Virus record (IMG/VR): IMGVR_UViG_3300026549_000054
Span: 32,001-96,000 of that record
Origin: a virus
Taxonomy: Duplodnaviria; Caudoviricetes
Length of the DNA: 64,000 nucleotides
Reading direction: 5' to 3' (one strand)
The position numbers and the translations under genes are program-made. Below, piece by piece: positions 1-8,815 of this stretch (positions are counted from its first letter, which is position 1; every line of letters begins with the position of its first letter). Below the pieces are notes generated by a model, which worked only from the letters and a program-made list of their open reading frames with translations, was not told where the DNA came from and ran no database searches.

Positions 1-1409
1 TCTTTTGTTCCAAAGAATAGATTATCACTGAAATCTCCGAAACCCTTCAAATTTTTGTGTTCCAAAATAAATGTTCCACCTAATGTAGCAGTTTCCACAA
101 CTTTTCCGTTTTGGATTTTTCCTTCTTTTACTATATAGTTTGGGTCATAATAAATCTGGTAAATTCTATCACCATTTACATCAGGTTCCAAATTACCTTG
201 TAGCCAGTCACCGCTATTTGCCGTTACTTGCCAGTACTTGAGCGAAGGACCCGTTTTACCAAGTGGGTTTGTGGTGTAGTCATACCAACTTACTGGGGCA
301 GTACCGCTAAGGGGCGTCAAATACTGGTTTATCACTGAATATATGGCACTGGTTTCGTCATTTCGGATAGTTTTTGTTAATAAAAGTTTACTTCCGGTCG
401 GATAATTGGTAATATCTGGTAATTCTTCATAAAGATATTTGTAGTCCCAGCCCAAAACGGCAGATGTTGCTGGGTCTTTTACGGCAGTTGGAGCAGGTTG
501 TTCTGTAAATGGCAACATAGCGGAAACTCTACCTATTTTTGTACCGAATTGGTAATCAAAATCGTGACGAGAAACGAAACTTCCATCATAGTTACCAGCC
601 ATTCTTTCTTTCCAGTAATCTTTATCACCATTTACGCCGAGCTTTGTAATAATTTCGTCAATCACATAGGTTTCTCTAATTGGTTTATATAACCACGCTT
701 CTACACTGAATGAAAAAGATACAGTAATTTCTCGTTTATCTTCTTCACCGAAATCTTGTGTCATTTCTATATTAGAACTTTCACACTTCATTTTAATAGA
801 ACGGCGCTTGTTAATAAACCAAAACTCCTTCAAATCAAAATATGCTTCAGGAGCGAAACGAACTAAAATTTGTTCTAAAATTTGGTTAGCATCAGATATA
901 TGTTCTGTTTTGGCTTCCATAGTAATTGTTAAATTATATGGAACTGGGTGAACATCAGCCCAAAACTTGTTAGCCATTAAATAGTCAATACCATTTACTT
1001 CAAAGTATTTGTTGTAGAAACCTCTTGACTCACCAGCACCTGAGTATCTATCAGACGCAAAGGCTATATTCTCAATTCTGTAAGTCATATTTGGTAATTG
1101 TATATAATACTTCTTACCACTTTCCTGTTCCACTCTAAAATCGTGGGACTTCATTCTAGGTCCATATTTCAAAGGAACCTGAATCTGCTTAATTGGTTCG
1201 CCTTTTTCATCATAACGAATAACATAAAGGTCATTAAAGAAATTACCGAAACCTACAATAACAGAACGTATTGTATCGGCGAAGAAATAATTAGCAGGAT
1301 AACCACCACGTGGATGTCCATCAATCCAACCTTTCTTGAACTGATGGGTTGATGGGTCATAAACAGGGTCATTTATTTTATCAGGTGTATTTTGCGTCCA
1401 ATTACTCAT
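1..1409 (-). CDS. T4 gp15-like tail sheath terminator/stabilizer (runs off the window edge)
   Basis: Manual translation from ATG at 1409 (missing from the ORF track because no stop falls in the window): YFFADTIRSVIVGFGNFFNDLYVIR...QVPLKYGPR...VPYNL...DANQILEQILVRF, typical of gp15. Late-type TAAATA lies just upstream. Confidence 0.8.
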   Translation of the reverse strand, partial: MSNWTQNTPDKINDPVYDPSTHQFKKGWIDGHPRGGYPANYFFADTIRSVIVGFGNFFNDLYVIRYDEKGEPIKQIQVPLKYGPRMKSHDFRVEQESGKKYYIQLPNMTYRIENIAFASDRYSGAGESRGFYNKYFEVNGIDYLMANKFWADVHPVPYNLTITMEAKTEHISDANQILEQILVRFAPEAYFDLKEFWFINKRRSIKMKCESSNIEMTQDFGEEDKREITVSFSFSVEAWLYKPIRETYVIDEIITKLGVNGDKDYWKERMAGNYDGSFVSRHDFDYQFGTKIGRVSAMLPFTEQPAPTAVKDPATSAVLGWDYKYLYEELPDITNYPTGSKLLLTKTIRNDETSAIYSVINQYLTPLSGTAPVSWYDYTTNPLGKTGPSLKYWQVTANSGDWLQGNLEPDVNGDRIYQIYYDPNYIVKEGKIQNGKVVETATLGGTFILEHKNLKGFGDFSDNLFFGTK

Positions 1410-1419
1410 ATTGTATTTA

Positions 1420-2157
1420 TTATTTTGAGTGTATATTCATATAATTTACAATTCTATTTACTTTGTTCATATCTATATCAAAATTATATTTGCTTTTCAT
1501 ATAATTAACCAAGTTCATAAAGATTTCTGCTTTATAGTCACCTATATGTTTGTATAAAGCTGTATCATTATCAGAACATTCATAATCAAATTCTAAAGGT
1601 AAACATAAAGAAATATCAGTTGTTATCTTTATATTGTTTTTCAATAAAAATACATTCAACCAGCATTCATCGCATTTCGGTGAATACTCTAATCTATCAT
1701 TTAAATACTTTATATTGTATGCTTCTATTGGAAATGTTTTAGGTGGAATTATACACTGACCACAAAAACCCAAATCTACATTTTCGTATTTTTGTTCTAC
1801 TCTTGGAATATACAAATTAGTTATATACTTACAATTTACAGACTGTTCTACCAAATCATTAGGGTATCTTTTATCTTCATCTAATGAAATTACAACATCG
1901 TCATAATGTTCAGGATAAACTCTCCATCTCTTATGGCAGTATTCGTTATTTGCAATCCACTTCAAAATAACACCATATTTCTGTATGGCTACAAGTAGTT
2001 CAAGGGGCAAAATATGGTCTGGAAATTCTTCGGTAGCAAGCCATAGATAAAATAAATCAGGTTTCTTTGTTTGTGTAGCAAAGAAATAGTCCAAAAAGAT
2101 AGGCATTTGATTTATTCGTTTAGTCCAGCAAGTCATTGTTACTACAGTCTTCATCAT
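1420..2157 (-). CDS. GT-A glycosyltransferase-like protein
   Basis: VVTMT..RI N-terminus, VISLDED (DxD-like) and CDECW motifs; clustered with another glycosyltransferase. Confidence 0.55.
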   Translation of the reverse strand: MMKTVVTMTCWTKRINQMPIFLDYFFATQTKKPDLFYLWLATEEFPDHILPLELLVAIQKYGVILKWIANNEYCHKRWRVYPEHYDDVVISLDEDKRYPNDLVEQSVNCKYITNLYIPRVEQKYENVDLGFCGQCIIPPKTFPIEAYNIKYLNDRLEYSPKCDECWLNVFLLKNNIKITTDISLCLPLEFDYECSDNDTALYKHIGDYKAEIFMNLVNYMKSKYNFDIDMNKVNRIVNYMNIHSK

Positions 2158-2476
2158 CTACCTCAATAATATAAAATTTGTTTAAAATATAATCATTGTT
2201 GAAATGTTCAAGCTGCCATTTCAAATCAAAACATTCATCTCTGATTAAGTTCTTTCTTCTTTCTTCTAATTGGTAATAATCACTTGTTTTTATTTCTGTA
2301 TTACCAAATCTTAATACAGCTTTATCCATTCGTTCAGTTATTTCTCTATAAAGCCTTTGATAGTTTTCATTTTTGCTGATAAAATATGAATCAGGCAAAA
2401 GATTTATTCTATATTTTATTTTACCTGTGCGTTCATATAATTTTTGTATCTCAAAACCTTGTAATGTCTTAATCAT
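2120..2476 (-). CDS. hypothetical protein
   Basis: 118-aa ORF coupled to its neighbours. Confidence 0.55.
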   Translation of the reverse strand: MIKTLQGFEIQKLYERTGKIKYRINLLPDSYFISKNENYQRLYREITERMDKAVLRFGNTEIKTSDYYQLEERRKNLIRDECFDLKWQLEHFNNDYILNKFYIIEVDDEDCSNNDLLD

Positions 2477-3582
2477 TATGTCATTACCACATTTATTTTT
2501 CTTGACTTATAAAATACAATTTCATTTATCTTTTCAATTATATCTTTTTTGTAAGTTTCATCAGTGATGACACATTCTCTGTCATTATCCTTTAATCTAG
2601 GTTTAGCAAAAGCAAATGCGACTTCTTCAAAACCAAGATTTTCTGCGAAATCTATAAAATCCATAGTGTCTTTATAATTGTATTTAGAAATCGTAAAGCA
2701 AGAAGCCATTTTTACATTGTAATTTTCTTTTAAATACTTTATATTCTTTAAAAGATTATCCCATTGGTTATTATTGTTAGCTCTGACTAACTTATAAGTT
2801 TCTTTTGTGGCTGCGTCAATAGAAATTCTAACTTCTTTTATAATGTTCCAGTTATTTTGGTGAATTTCCTTCAATCGTTTTTCTGTCATACAAGTTCCAT
2901 TAGTGAAAATTTCAACATTTTCTAGTTCACTATCTTTTGTTAAATCTTCACTGAGAATTTTCATATAGATTTTACTGAAAAATGTTTCGCCATCACAACC
3001 AATTTTCAATCTTTTTACTGATTTGATTTTCTTTACGATTTTTTCGTAATCTTCAGTTGTTAAATCTGGTTCTTTTGTGATAAAATCTTTTCTACAAGTC
3101 TTACATTTCAAATTACAAACTTCGGAAATGTTCAAATTTATAGAATACAAAGGATAATCATCAATTTTGTCCTTATTGTAATAGTATCTCTTACCATACA
3201 ATCCATATTCTTCTATAAATGACTTCCAATTATAGAACGCACTATCCGAACCTTGTTTATAGTTTTGGTATTTGGAACACTTGGAACAATTAGAATAGTC
3301 TTCTTTGATTACATTACTCTTAAAAGACTTGATTTTTTCACTGTCAAACAATTCATCAAAATCGTCTGTGTGAATTTCAAAGTTTTTATCATCTAAAAAA
3401 CATAAACAGGGTTTCGTGTAAAAACGATAACCTTTATCATTGTCAAAACTGTATCTAAGTATATTTTGGTTGATAATTGGTTCTACACAGAAATGATTAT
3501 ACATTAAATCAGCATACGAAATATCAGGTAAAGACTCTTTACCTGTGTAAGGACTAATTATTGAAATATCTAATTCATTCAT
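2476..3582 (-). CDS. radical SAM protein
   Basis: CNLKCKTC (CxxxCxxC), GET, TNG and ISIDA motifs; additional N-terminal Cys cluster (PCLC, CSKC). Confidence 0.85.
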   Translation of the reverse strand: MNELDISIISPYTGKESLPDISYADLMYNHFCVEPIINQNILRYSFDNDKGYRFYTKPCLCFLDDKNFEIHTDDFDELFDSEKIKSFKSNVIKEDYSNCSKCSKYQNYKQGSDSAFYNWKSFIEEYGLYGKRYYYNKDKIDDYPLYSINLNISEVCNLKCKTCRKDFITKEPDLTTEDYEKIVKKIKSVKRLKIGCDGETFFSKIYMKILSEDLTKDSELENVEIFTNGTCMTEKRLKEIHQNNWNIIKEVRISIDAATKETYKLVRANNNNQWDNLLKNIKYLKENYNVKMASCFTISKYNYKDTMDFIDFAENLGFEEVAFAFAKPRLKDNDRECVITDETYKKDIIEKINEIVFYKSRKINVVMT

Positions 3583-4447
3583 TGTTAAATATACTCAAAT
3601 CTAATTCATTTGTCTGTTTGTTTGTGTTAAATGGATTTACATACTCAGTATATCCAATAGAAATTGTGGCAGGTTGTTTGAAAGTCTTAATATATTTTTC
3701 TTTTAAATTCTTATATGCTCTATTATCACAACTTGGACCAGTCATTTTTATTTCCCATTCTTCTAAACTTCGTTGTAGATAATGGAATAATTTAACATCA
3801 GCATTTCTAAAATCAACATATATATGTGAATCTACTATATCATTTGTATAATATACTTTATCATCATACCATAATTTGTAATTACCATCTATATCAGTAA
3901 AATAATGAACATAAGAATAAACGGCTGAACTCTTTGTTGAAACTATGGATTTAAAGCAAGTATCTTTTTTGTTATTTTGAAAATATGATGGATAAGTATA
4001 ATGACAATCTTCAATCATACTATTACTTCGTTTATATGGTCTTTCATTATCTTTGTATGAAATGTATTGCCAAGGTAAAATATATTGTTCTATATTCTCT
4101 TTATCCAAATAATTACAAAATTCGTGTAAATTCTTATATTTCTTACTATTCAACCACAGATATTCGTCATCATCTAAACATAAAATATAATCATAGTCAT
4201 TTTTATGCTGATTATAGAAATCAGTGTATATTTTATGTTGTGGATTTTTACAAATATAATCTTCGTCAATGAATGTATAAAAAACATTTGTGAATTTATC
4301 ACAAATGCTCTTTATATCTGATTTACTTTCATTATCATACACAAAAATATCAGTAACACCAATGCTAGTATAGTGTTTAATATATCGCTGCATATCTATT
4401 GGCAACTGATATCTGGTAATTAAACATAAAGCAATTCTATAATTCAT
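3575..4447 (-). CDS. glycosyltransferase (GT2/GT92-like)
   Basis: IFVYDNES, LCLDDDEYL, KSIV and HY motifs. Confidence 0.8.
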   Translation of the reverse strand: MNYRIALCLITRYQLPIDMQRYIKHYTSIGVTDIFVYDNESKSDIKSICDKFTNVFYTFIDEDYICKNPQHKIYTDFYNQHKNDYDYILCLDDDEYLWLNSKKYKNLHEFCNYLDKENIEQYILPWQYISYKDNERPYKRSNSMIEDCHYTYPSYFQNNKKDTCFKSIVSTKSSAVYSYVHYFTDIDGNYKLWYDDKVYYTNDIVDSHIYVDFRNADVKLFHYLQRSLEEWEIKMTGPSCDNRAYKNLKEKYIKTFKQPATISIGYTEYVNPFNTNKQTNELDLSIFNNE

Positions 4448-5919
4448 TAGACCTTCAACATTCTATCACGATAGAAAGGTTTGAGTTTATCCAATTCACG
4501 AATTACAACATTTTCAATATGGGCAATATCATTTTCCAAATCTTTAATGTGTGCTGTGAAATCGGTAATGTCTTGCTTGATTTTGTTCTGGTCTGTTTTC
4601 TGTAAACTAATAACCTTTTGGTCGCAAATATATTTTGCGGCATCATTAGCAAATGATTTACCTTTCAAACCAGGCATATTTTCCGCAATATACTTAATTG
4701 GGTCTTTTTCTTCCAATCCCTTTACTACAACCTTTAGATTTTGTGAAGCAAGAAGTCTCCAATTCATTTTTTGTTTCTTGTCCTCGTAGATGTTCTTTTC
4801 TACTTCGCACATTTTTGTTTCAACTTCTTTTCTCCAGTCAATCCACTTGTTCATTAGTTCAATCATATTAGGAATTAGAACTTTTGTATCTACGTCCTTA
4901 GAAACATCCTTAGACTTTGTTCGTTCAATCGCATAGTAACGATATGATTCACTCTTAATCAAGTGCTTGTGGATTTTGCTTTCAAAATCTGCTTCGCTCT
5001 TTAACATAACTTCCAACTTACAAGCTTCTGTCTTTGTTGAAGAGTCATTTACATACAAAACAGTTCCGTCATCAATCATTGAAATCATTTTGTTAATGAA
5101 GGAGTTTGGAGAGAAACCAGGACAATAACCTGTAATCGTCAAAAGAACATTCTTTTTATCACGAACAAGTGTGTAATCACATTCATACTTAATTGAGCCT
5201 TCACCTGTTTCGTACAAATGTTCAATTTCTTCAGGAGTAGAAAGGATTTTACCACCATACTTATAATCAGGACCTTTCAAGTATTTCATAATGTCCTTGA
5301 TTTTAGTTTGTTTGCCTTTCTTAACTACAACCTTCATAGCTTCTACAATTTCTTTCAAATTGTGAGCTGGAATGTTACAATTCAAACCAACAGCAATGCC
5401 GGAACATTCGTTAATAAAGAAATTTGGCAAGCGTGTTGTCAATACAATAGGTTCTTTAAATTCGCCTGTATAGTTTGGAATGTAATCTGCAACATCCATA
5501 CATTCCAACATTTTCATACCGATTTGAGAAATCTTTGCTTCTGTATATCTGTCAGCAGCAGGTCCATCTGTCAATGAACCCCAGTTACCTTGACCATGAA
5601 TAATTGGATATTCGCTTGTTGCCATTGTTACTAGAGAACCATAAGCAGAACCGTGTGGGTGATACTTACCCATACAATCACCTGTAATTCTTGCTGACTT
5701 AACGGTCTTGTTATCCCAAGTTGCTTTCAATTCTTTGGCTGTCCACATTAGTCTTCTTTGTGCTGGTTTCAATCCATCACGATAGTCAGCCAATGCTCTA
5801 TCTTCCAAAACATCCAAACCATAAACTTCCATATTCTTATGGAGCATCTGGTCTGTGCCTAAGGTTTTTCCGTCTGTTTCGTTTTCAAAAAAATTGTCTA
5901 TATTGCTTTGTTTTTTCAT
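4447..5919 (-). CDS. gyrA: type IIA topoisomerase subunit A (GyrA/ParC-like, no C-terminal pinwheel)
   Basis: DGLKPAQRR, GKYHPHG, catalytic AADRYTEAK, GIAVG..NIPAHNL; only 490 aa. Confidence 0.92.
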   Translation of the reverse strand: MKKQSNIDNFFENETDGKTLGTDQMLHKNMEVYGLDVLEDRALADYRDGLKPAQRRLMWTAKELKATWDNKTVKSARITGDCMGKYHPHGSAYGSLVTMATSEYPIIHGQGNWGSLTDGPAADRYTEAKISQIGMKMLECMDVADYIPNYTGEFKEPIVLTTRLPNFFINECSGIAVGLNCNIPAHNLKEIVEAMKVVVKKGKQTKIKDIMKYLKGPDYKYGGKILSTPEEIEHLYETGEGSIKYECDYTLVRDKKNVLLTITGYCPGFSPNSFINKMISMIDDGTVLYVNDSSTKTEACKLEVMLKSEADFESKIHKHLIKSESYRYYAIERTKSKDVSKDVDTKVLIPNMIELMNKWIDWRKEVETKMCEVEKNIYEDKKQKMNWRLLASQNLKVVVKGLEEKDPIKYIAENMPGLKGKSFANDAAKYICDQKVISLQKTDQNKIKQDITDFTAHIKDLENDIAHIENVVIRELDKLKPFYRDRMLKV

Positions 5920-5961
5920 ATTATCTCGCTTATATTACATTTGTTTGGAATGTATTTATAA

Positions 5962-6354
5962 TCAAAAATCTTTACTCAACTTTTTCTCTTTGTCAGCTAG
6001 TTCTTCTTTCTTGTGTAACAGAATTGCTTTATCTATAATTGTCTTCTGCAAATCACACCAGTTTCTAAAATTTTCTAAACCTGAAAAACCTTTACAGTCA
6101 TTATTATATACAAATTCCGAAGATTCATTTGAAGTAAAACTTTCTTTTCCATTAGGAAATAAAGTATAAGAAATCGTATTAAACTTTATTCTATAACATT
6201 CATATAAAGTAACAAAAACTACCCTTGGGCTTGGTCTTCGTTTGCAAGGATTGTTTAATGAAAATGTTTTAAACTTTGGGTCTTTGTTTGTGTTATTAAA
6301 CCCAAATTCCCTTAAAATATCTTCTAGCTGTGGTTGTAATTCATTCCAATTCAT
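5962..6354 (-). CDS. DF-tail family small protein
   Basis: ends KEKKLSKDF*. Confidence 0.7.
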   Translation of the reverse strand: MNWNELQPQLEDILREFGFNNTNKDPKFKTFSLNNPCKRRPSPRVVFVTLYECYRIKFNTISYTLFPNGKESFTSNESSEFVYNNDCKGFSGLENFRNWCDLQKTIIDKAILLHKKEELADKEKKLSKDF

Positions 6355-6371
6355 ACAACAAATATAATAAG

Positions 6372-6400
6372 AAATCCCACTTTGTGTGGGATTTTTTATT
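6372..6400 (-). terminator. intrinsic terminator
   Basis: aaatcccac-tttgt-gtgggattt hairpin with A/T tracts. Confidence 0.6.
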
Positions 6401-6411
6401 TTTTGAAACTG

Positions 6412-6678
6412 CTAGAAGTCTTCTTTCATTTTATTAAGTTTGATTCTTTCTTTTAATTTGTTCGCATACAAATTGAAAATTCCTTCTGTCATATTTGCTA
6501 TAATGTTTCTGGGAATTACAATTCGGTCATTCAATGAGGCTAGTTCTTGATAACTATAACCAGCATTTATTTTGTCATCGTGTTCGTCATAATAGAGAAC
6601 AAACTTATCTTTTTCGCTAATTCTCCCATTCAAAATGCTAAAGACTTTTACTGCTTGCTCATAAGGTATTACATTCAT
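6412..6678 (-). CDS. DF-tail family small protein
   Basis: ends KLNKMKEDF*. Confidence 0.7.
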   Translation of the reverse strand: MNVIPYEQAVKVFSILNGRISEKDKFVLYYDEHDDKINAGYSYQELASLNDRIVIPRNIIANMTEGIFNLYANKLKERIKLNKMKEDF

Positions 6679-6983
6679 TAAAAATCTTCCTGAACATTGT
6701 GTAGTCTAATCATCATCTTAATTTCATTTACCAAGTGGAAATACTTAAATTCTGTAAAGTTCTTAAAATCTTTGTTTGAAATCGTGATAAAGATACAACC
6801 ATCTTCCAGGTTCTTCTTTACATTCCGCTTCAAATTCATACCACCAGTAATTTCGTTGGTAACCGGACGATACACAATAGTAAGTACATTCTTCTTGAAA
6901 TCGGCACTCTTTGTATTTTCTGTAAGAATTTTATTTACATTCTTAAAGGAGTTAATCTTGAGGTTGTTGAGAGAAATGAGCAT
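6678..6983 (-). CDS. DF-tail family small protein
   Basis: ends RLHNVQEDF*; TAATG coupling. Confidence 0.7.
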   Translation of the reverse strand: MLISLNNLKINSFKNVNKILTENTKSADFKKNVLTIVYRPVTNEITGGMNLKRNVKKNLEDGCIFITISNKDFKNFTEFKYFHLVNEIKMMIRLHNVQEDF

Positions 6984-7399
6984 TAGAAGTCCTCCGCCAT
7001 AGATTTGAATTTTGTTACCTGTTTTGTGAGTGTTTCAGCCCTGATGGCTGCTTTAGCATTGTTCGCTAAAATTTCTTTGATTTGGGAAATCGTCAAGCGT
7101 TCCTTAGTTAAATCGTAAACCTTGACACCATACTTATTTTCAAAATTTTTACAATTTTCAACTGTAACTTCTTCACTGAGAAGTGCGGAAAAATCATAGA
7201 GAGTAGCTTCGTATTTGCTGTACATAAAAATTATTTTGTTTGCCAAGAAGCTATTTTCCGACCACTTGTAAGACCAAACGCGGTTAATAATTTCATCAGT
7301 AGAATAATCTACATTCGTTTTTTCGTCAAAGAACGCGGCGTAAACTTTCATTTCGTTTAGAATCGCTGCGAAATTATATACACTGGGGAAGTTCTTCAT
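6983..7399 (-). CDS. DF-tail family small protein
   Basis: ends KFKSMAEDF*. Confidence 0.7.
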   Translation of the reverse strand: MKNFPSVYNFAAILNEMKVYAAFFDEKTNVDYSTDEIINRVWSYKWSENSFLANKIIFMYSKYEATLYDFSALLSEEVTVENCKNFENKYGVKVYDLTKERLTISQIKEILANNAKAAIRAETLTKQVTKFKSMAEDF

Positions 7400-7413
7400 A
7401 TTATTATATATCG

Positions 7414-7755
7414 TTAAATGTGTTCGTTCATTCCATCAACAATCTTTTCAATGGCACCCTGAACATTCAGGCCAGAGCAATCAACGATAGTACCGCCCAT
7501 GTGGTCAGACCAACGAGAACCATCACCATCGTAACCAACCATAACTTCTTCAATCATCATCTGGTGAGTTTTAACTGGGCGAACAGTAATAATAGAAGCA
7601 TTGATGCAGTTACGCAAACCCTGCTTTTCACTGCGGATAGTAACAATCATTTCGTTAATACGGATTTCACAATGAATTCGGTCAAGAATCTTCTTGTTTG
7701 CGGTACCGAAAGCGATAACTAGTTTTTCGTAGAATTTGGAAAGTGTGTTTGCCAT
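7414..7755 (-). CDS. early hypothetical protein
   Basis: GAGG RBS and its own sigma70-type promoter. Confidence 0.7.
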   Translation of the reverse strand: MANTLSKFYEKLVIAFGTANKKILDRIHCEIRINEMIVTIRSEKQGLRNCINASIITVRPVKTHQMMIEEVMVGYDGDGSRWSDHMGGTIVDCSGLNVQGAIEKIVDGMNEHI

Positions 7756-7787
7756 AGTGTTACCTCTTTATTTCTTTTACACCATAT

Positions 7788-7854
7788 AATATAGTAATTT
7801 TAAACTGCGTTGTCAATTATTTTTGTATAGTTTTATGTAAAAACTTAGTTTACA
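7788..7854 (-). promoter_or_regulatory. sigma70-type promoter with upstream TGTAAA-N7-TTTACA box
   Basis: TTGACA (7816-7811)-17 nt-TATATT (7793-7788); palindrome at 7836-7854. Confidence 0.8.
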
Positions 7855-7904
7855 AAAGGAAAAACCCATTGTTTTTCAATGGGTTTTGTAAATAATTGTT
7901 TACA

Positions 7905-8336
7905 TTAGTCAAAATCTTCGTTCAATTTGTAAGACCTTACTAACATATCCAGCTTTTTTAATGCCAAATCTCTGTTTTCAGCATTTTTTATTTCATTCCA
8001 AACAGGAACTATCTTTTTGAAATCGTCTAAAATTTTGTTTCTGTCAGGATGTAGAAAATCCGTCTGGTATTCAAATTCATTTTTTTTACAATCATTACAA
8101 CTGCTAACTTCTATCGGCATATCTACAGTTGGAAAATCAAAAATGTATTCTAGTTTGATAGAAAAACTATAATTTGCTATATCATATCGTTTTGTAGCAT
8201 TTATTATTAACCTGATGTTATTCTGTTTAGAATAATCAGAAATAAATTCATAAAATGCAGTTTTGTGCTTTTCTAGCATTTTAGAAGCTACATTATCAAA
8301 TTCGTTATAATCTTTATCTAGTTTGTCAATAATCAT
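7905..8336 (-). CDS. DF-tail family small protein
   Basis: ends RSYKLNEDFD*. Confidence 0.65.
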   Translation of the reverse strand: MIIDKLDKDYNEFDNVASKMLEKHKTAFYEFISDYSKQNNIRLIINATKRYDIANYSFSIKLEYIFDFPTVDMPIEVSSCNDCKKNEFEYQTDFLHPDRNKILDDFKKIVPVWNEIKNAENRDLALKKLDMLVRSYKLNEDFD

Positions 8337-8815
8337 TTTAATTTACCTTCTTTATAAAGTTCGTATAGTTTGTTTATTCCATCTCGCTGAAAACATTTCG
8401 TATAGATTTTTCCATTGTATATTTTGTATAAACTAGAATTAACAAAACAATCAAGGAACTTTTGAACTTCGTTCTTCCATTCAGTTTTAATTCTCATACG
8501 AGGGTCGGATTTAGTTACAATTTTCTTTGCGTGGAAGTATTCAATAAAACAATTATCATTCTCATCATTAGACCAAAACGGTGCTGGATTTGAAGAAAAG
8601 AACTCGTTTATGTTTCCATTCAAATCTATAATGTGAATGTTACCAATACCGATGTCAGGAAAATCTACCCATTCAACATTATTATAAGTAACGTCTCGCA
8701 TAGCCGACAACTGGACAAGTATTATGTTGTTATCAGCATTTAGATTTTTGATAATGCGACAAAACTTGTTCGTATTCGTATATGGAGGGTTACTTAAAAT
8801 AACATCAAATTTCAT
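8333..8815 (-). CDS. truncated amino-methyltransferase-like protein
   Basis: starts MKFDVILSNPPY (motif IV); no SAM-binding motif I visible; 160 aa. Confidence 0.45.
   Translation of the reverse strand: MKFDVILSNPPYTNTNKFCRIIKNLNADNNIILVQLSAMRDVTYNNVEWVDFPDIGIGNIHIIDLNGNINEFFSSNPAPFWSNDENDNCFIEYFHAKKIVTKSDPRMRIKTEWKNEVQKFLDCFVNSSLYKIYNGKIYTKCFQRDGINKLYELYKEGKLK

Noticed and set aside
7836-7854. Literal TyrR regulation of the phage promoters
   Set aside because: The consensus match alone does not identify the factor; the host is unknown and no aromatic amino-acid genes are present.
8333-8815. Functional restriction-modification system
   Set aside because: Only motif IV (NPPY) is visible, with no SAM-binding motif and no adjacent restriction gene.
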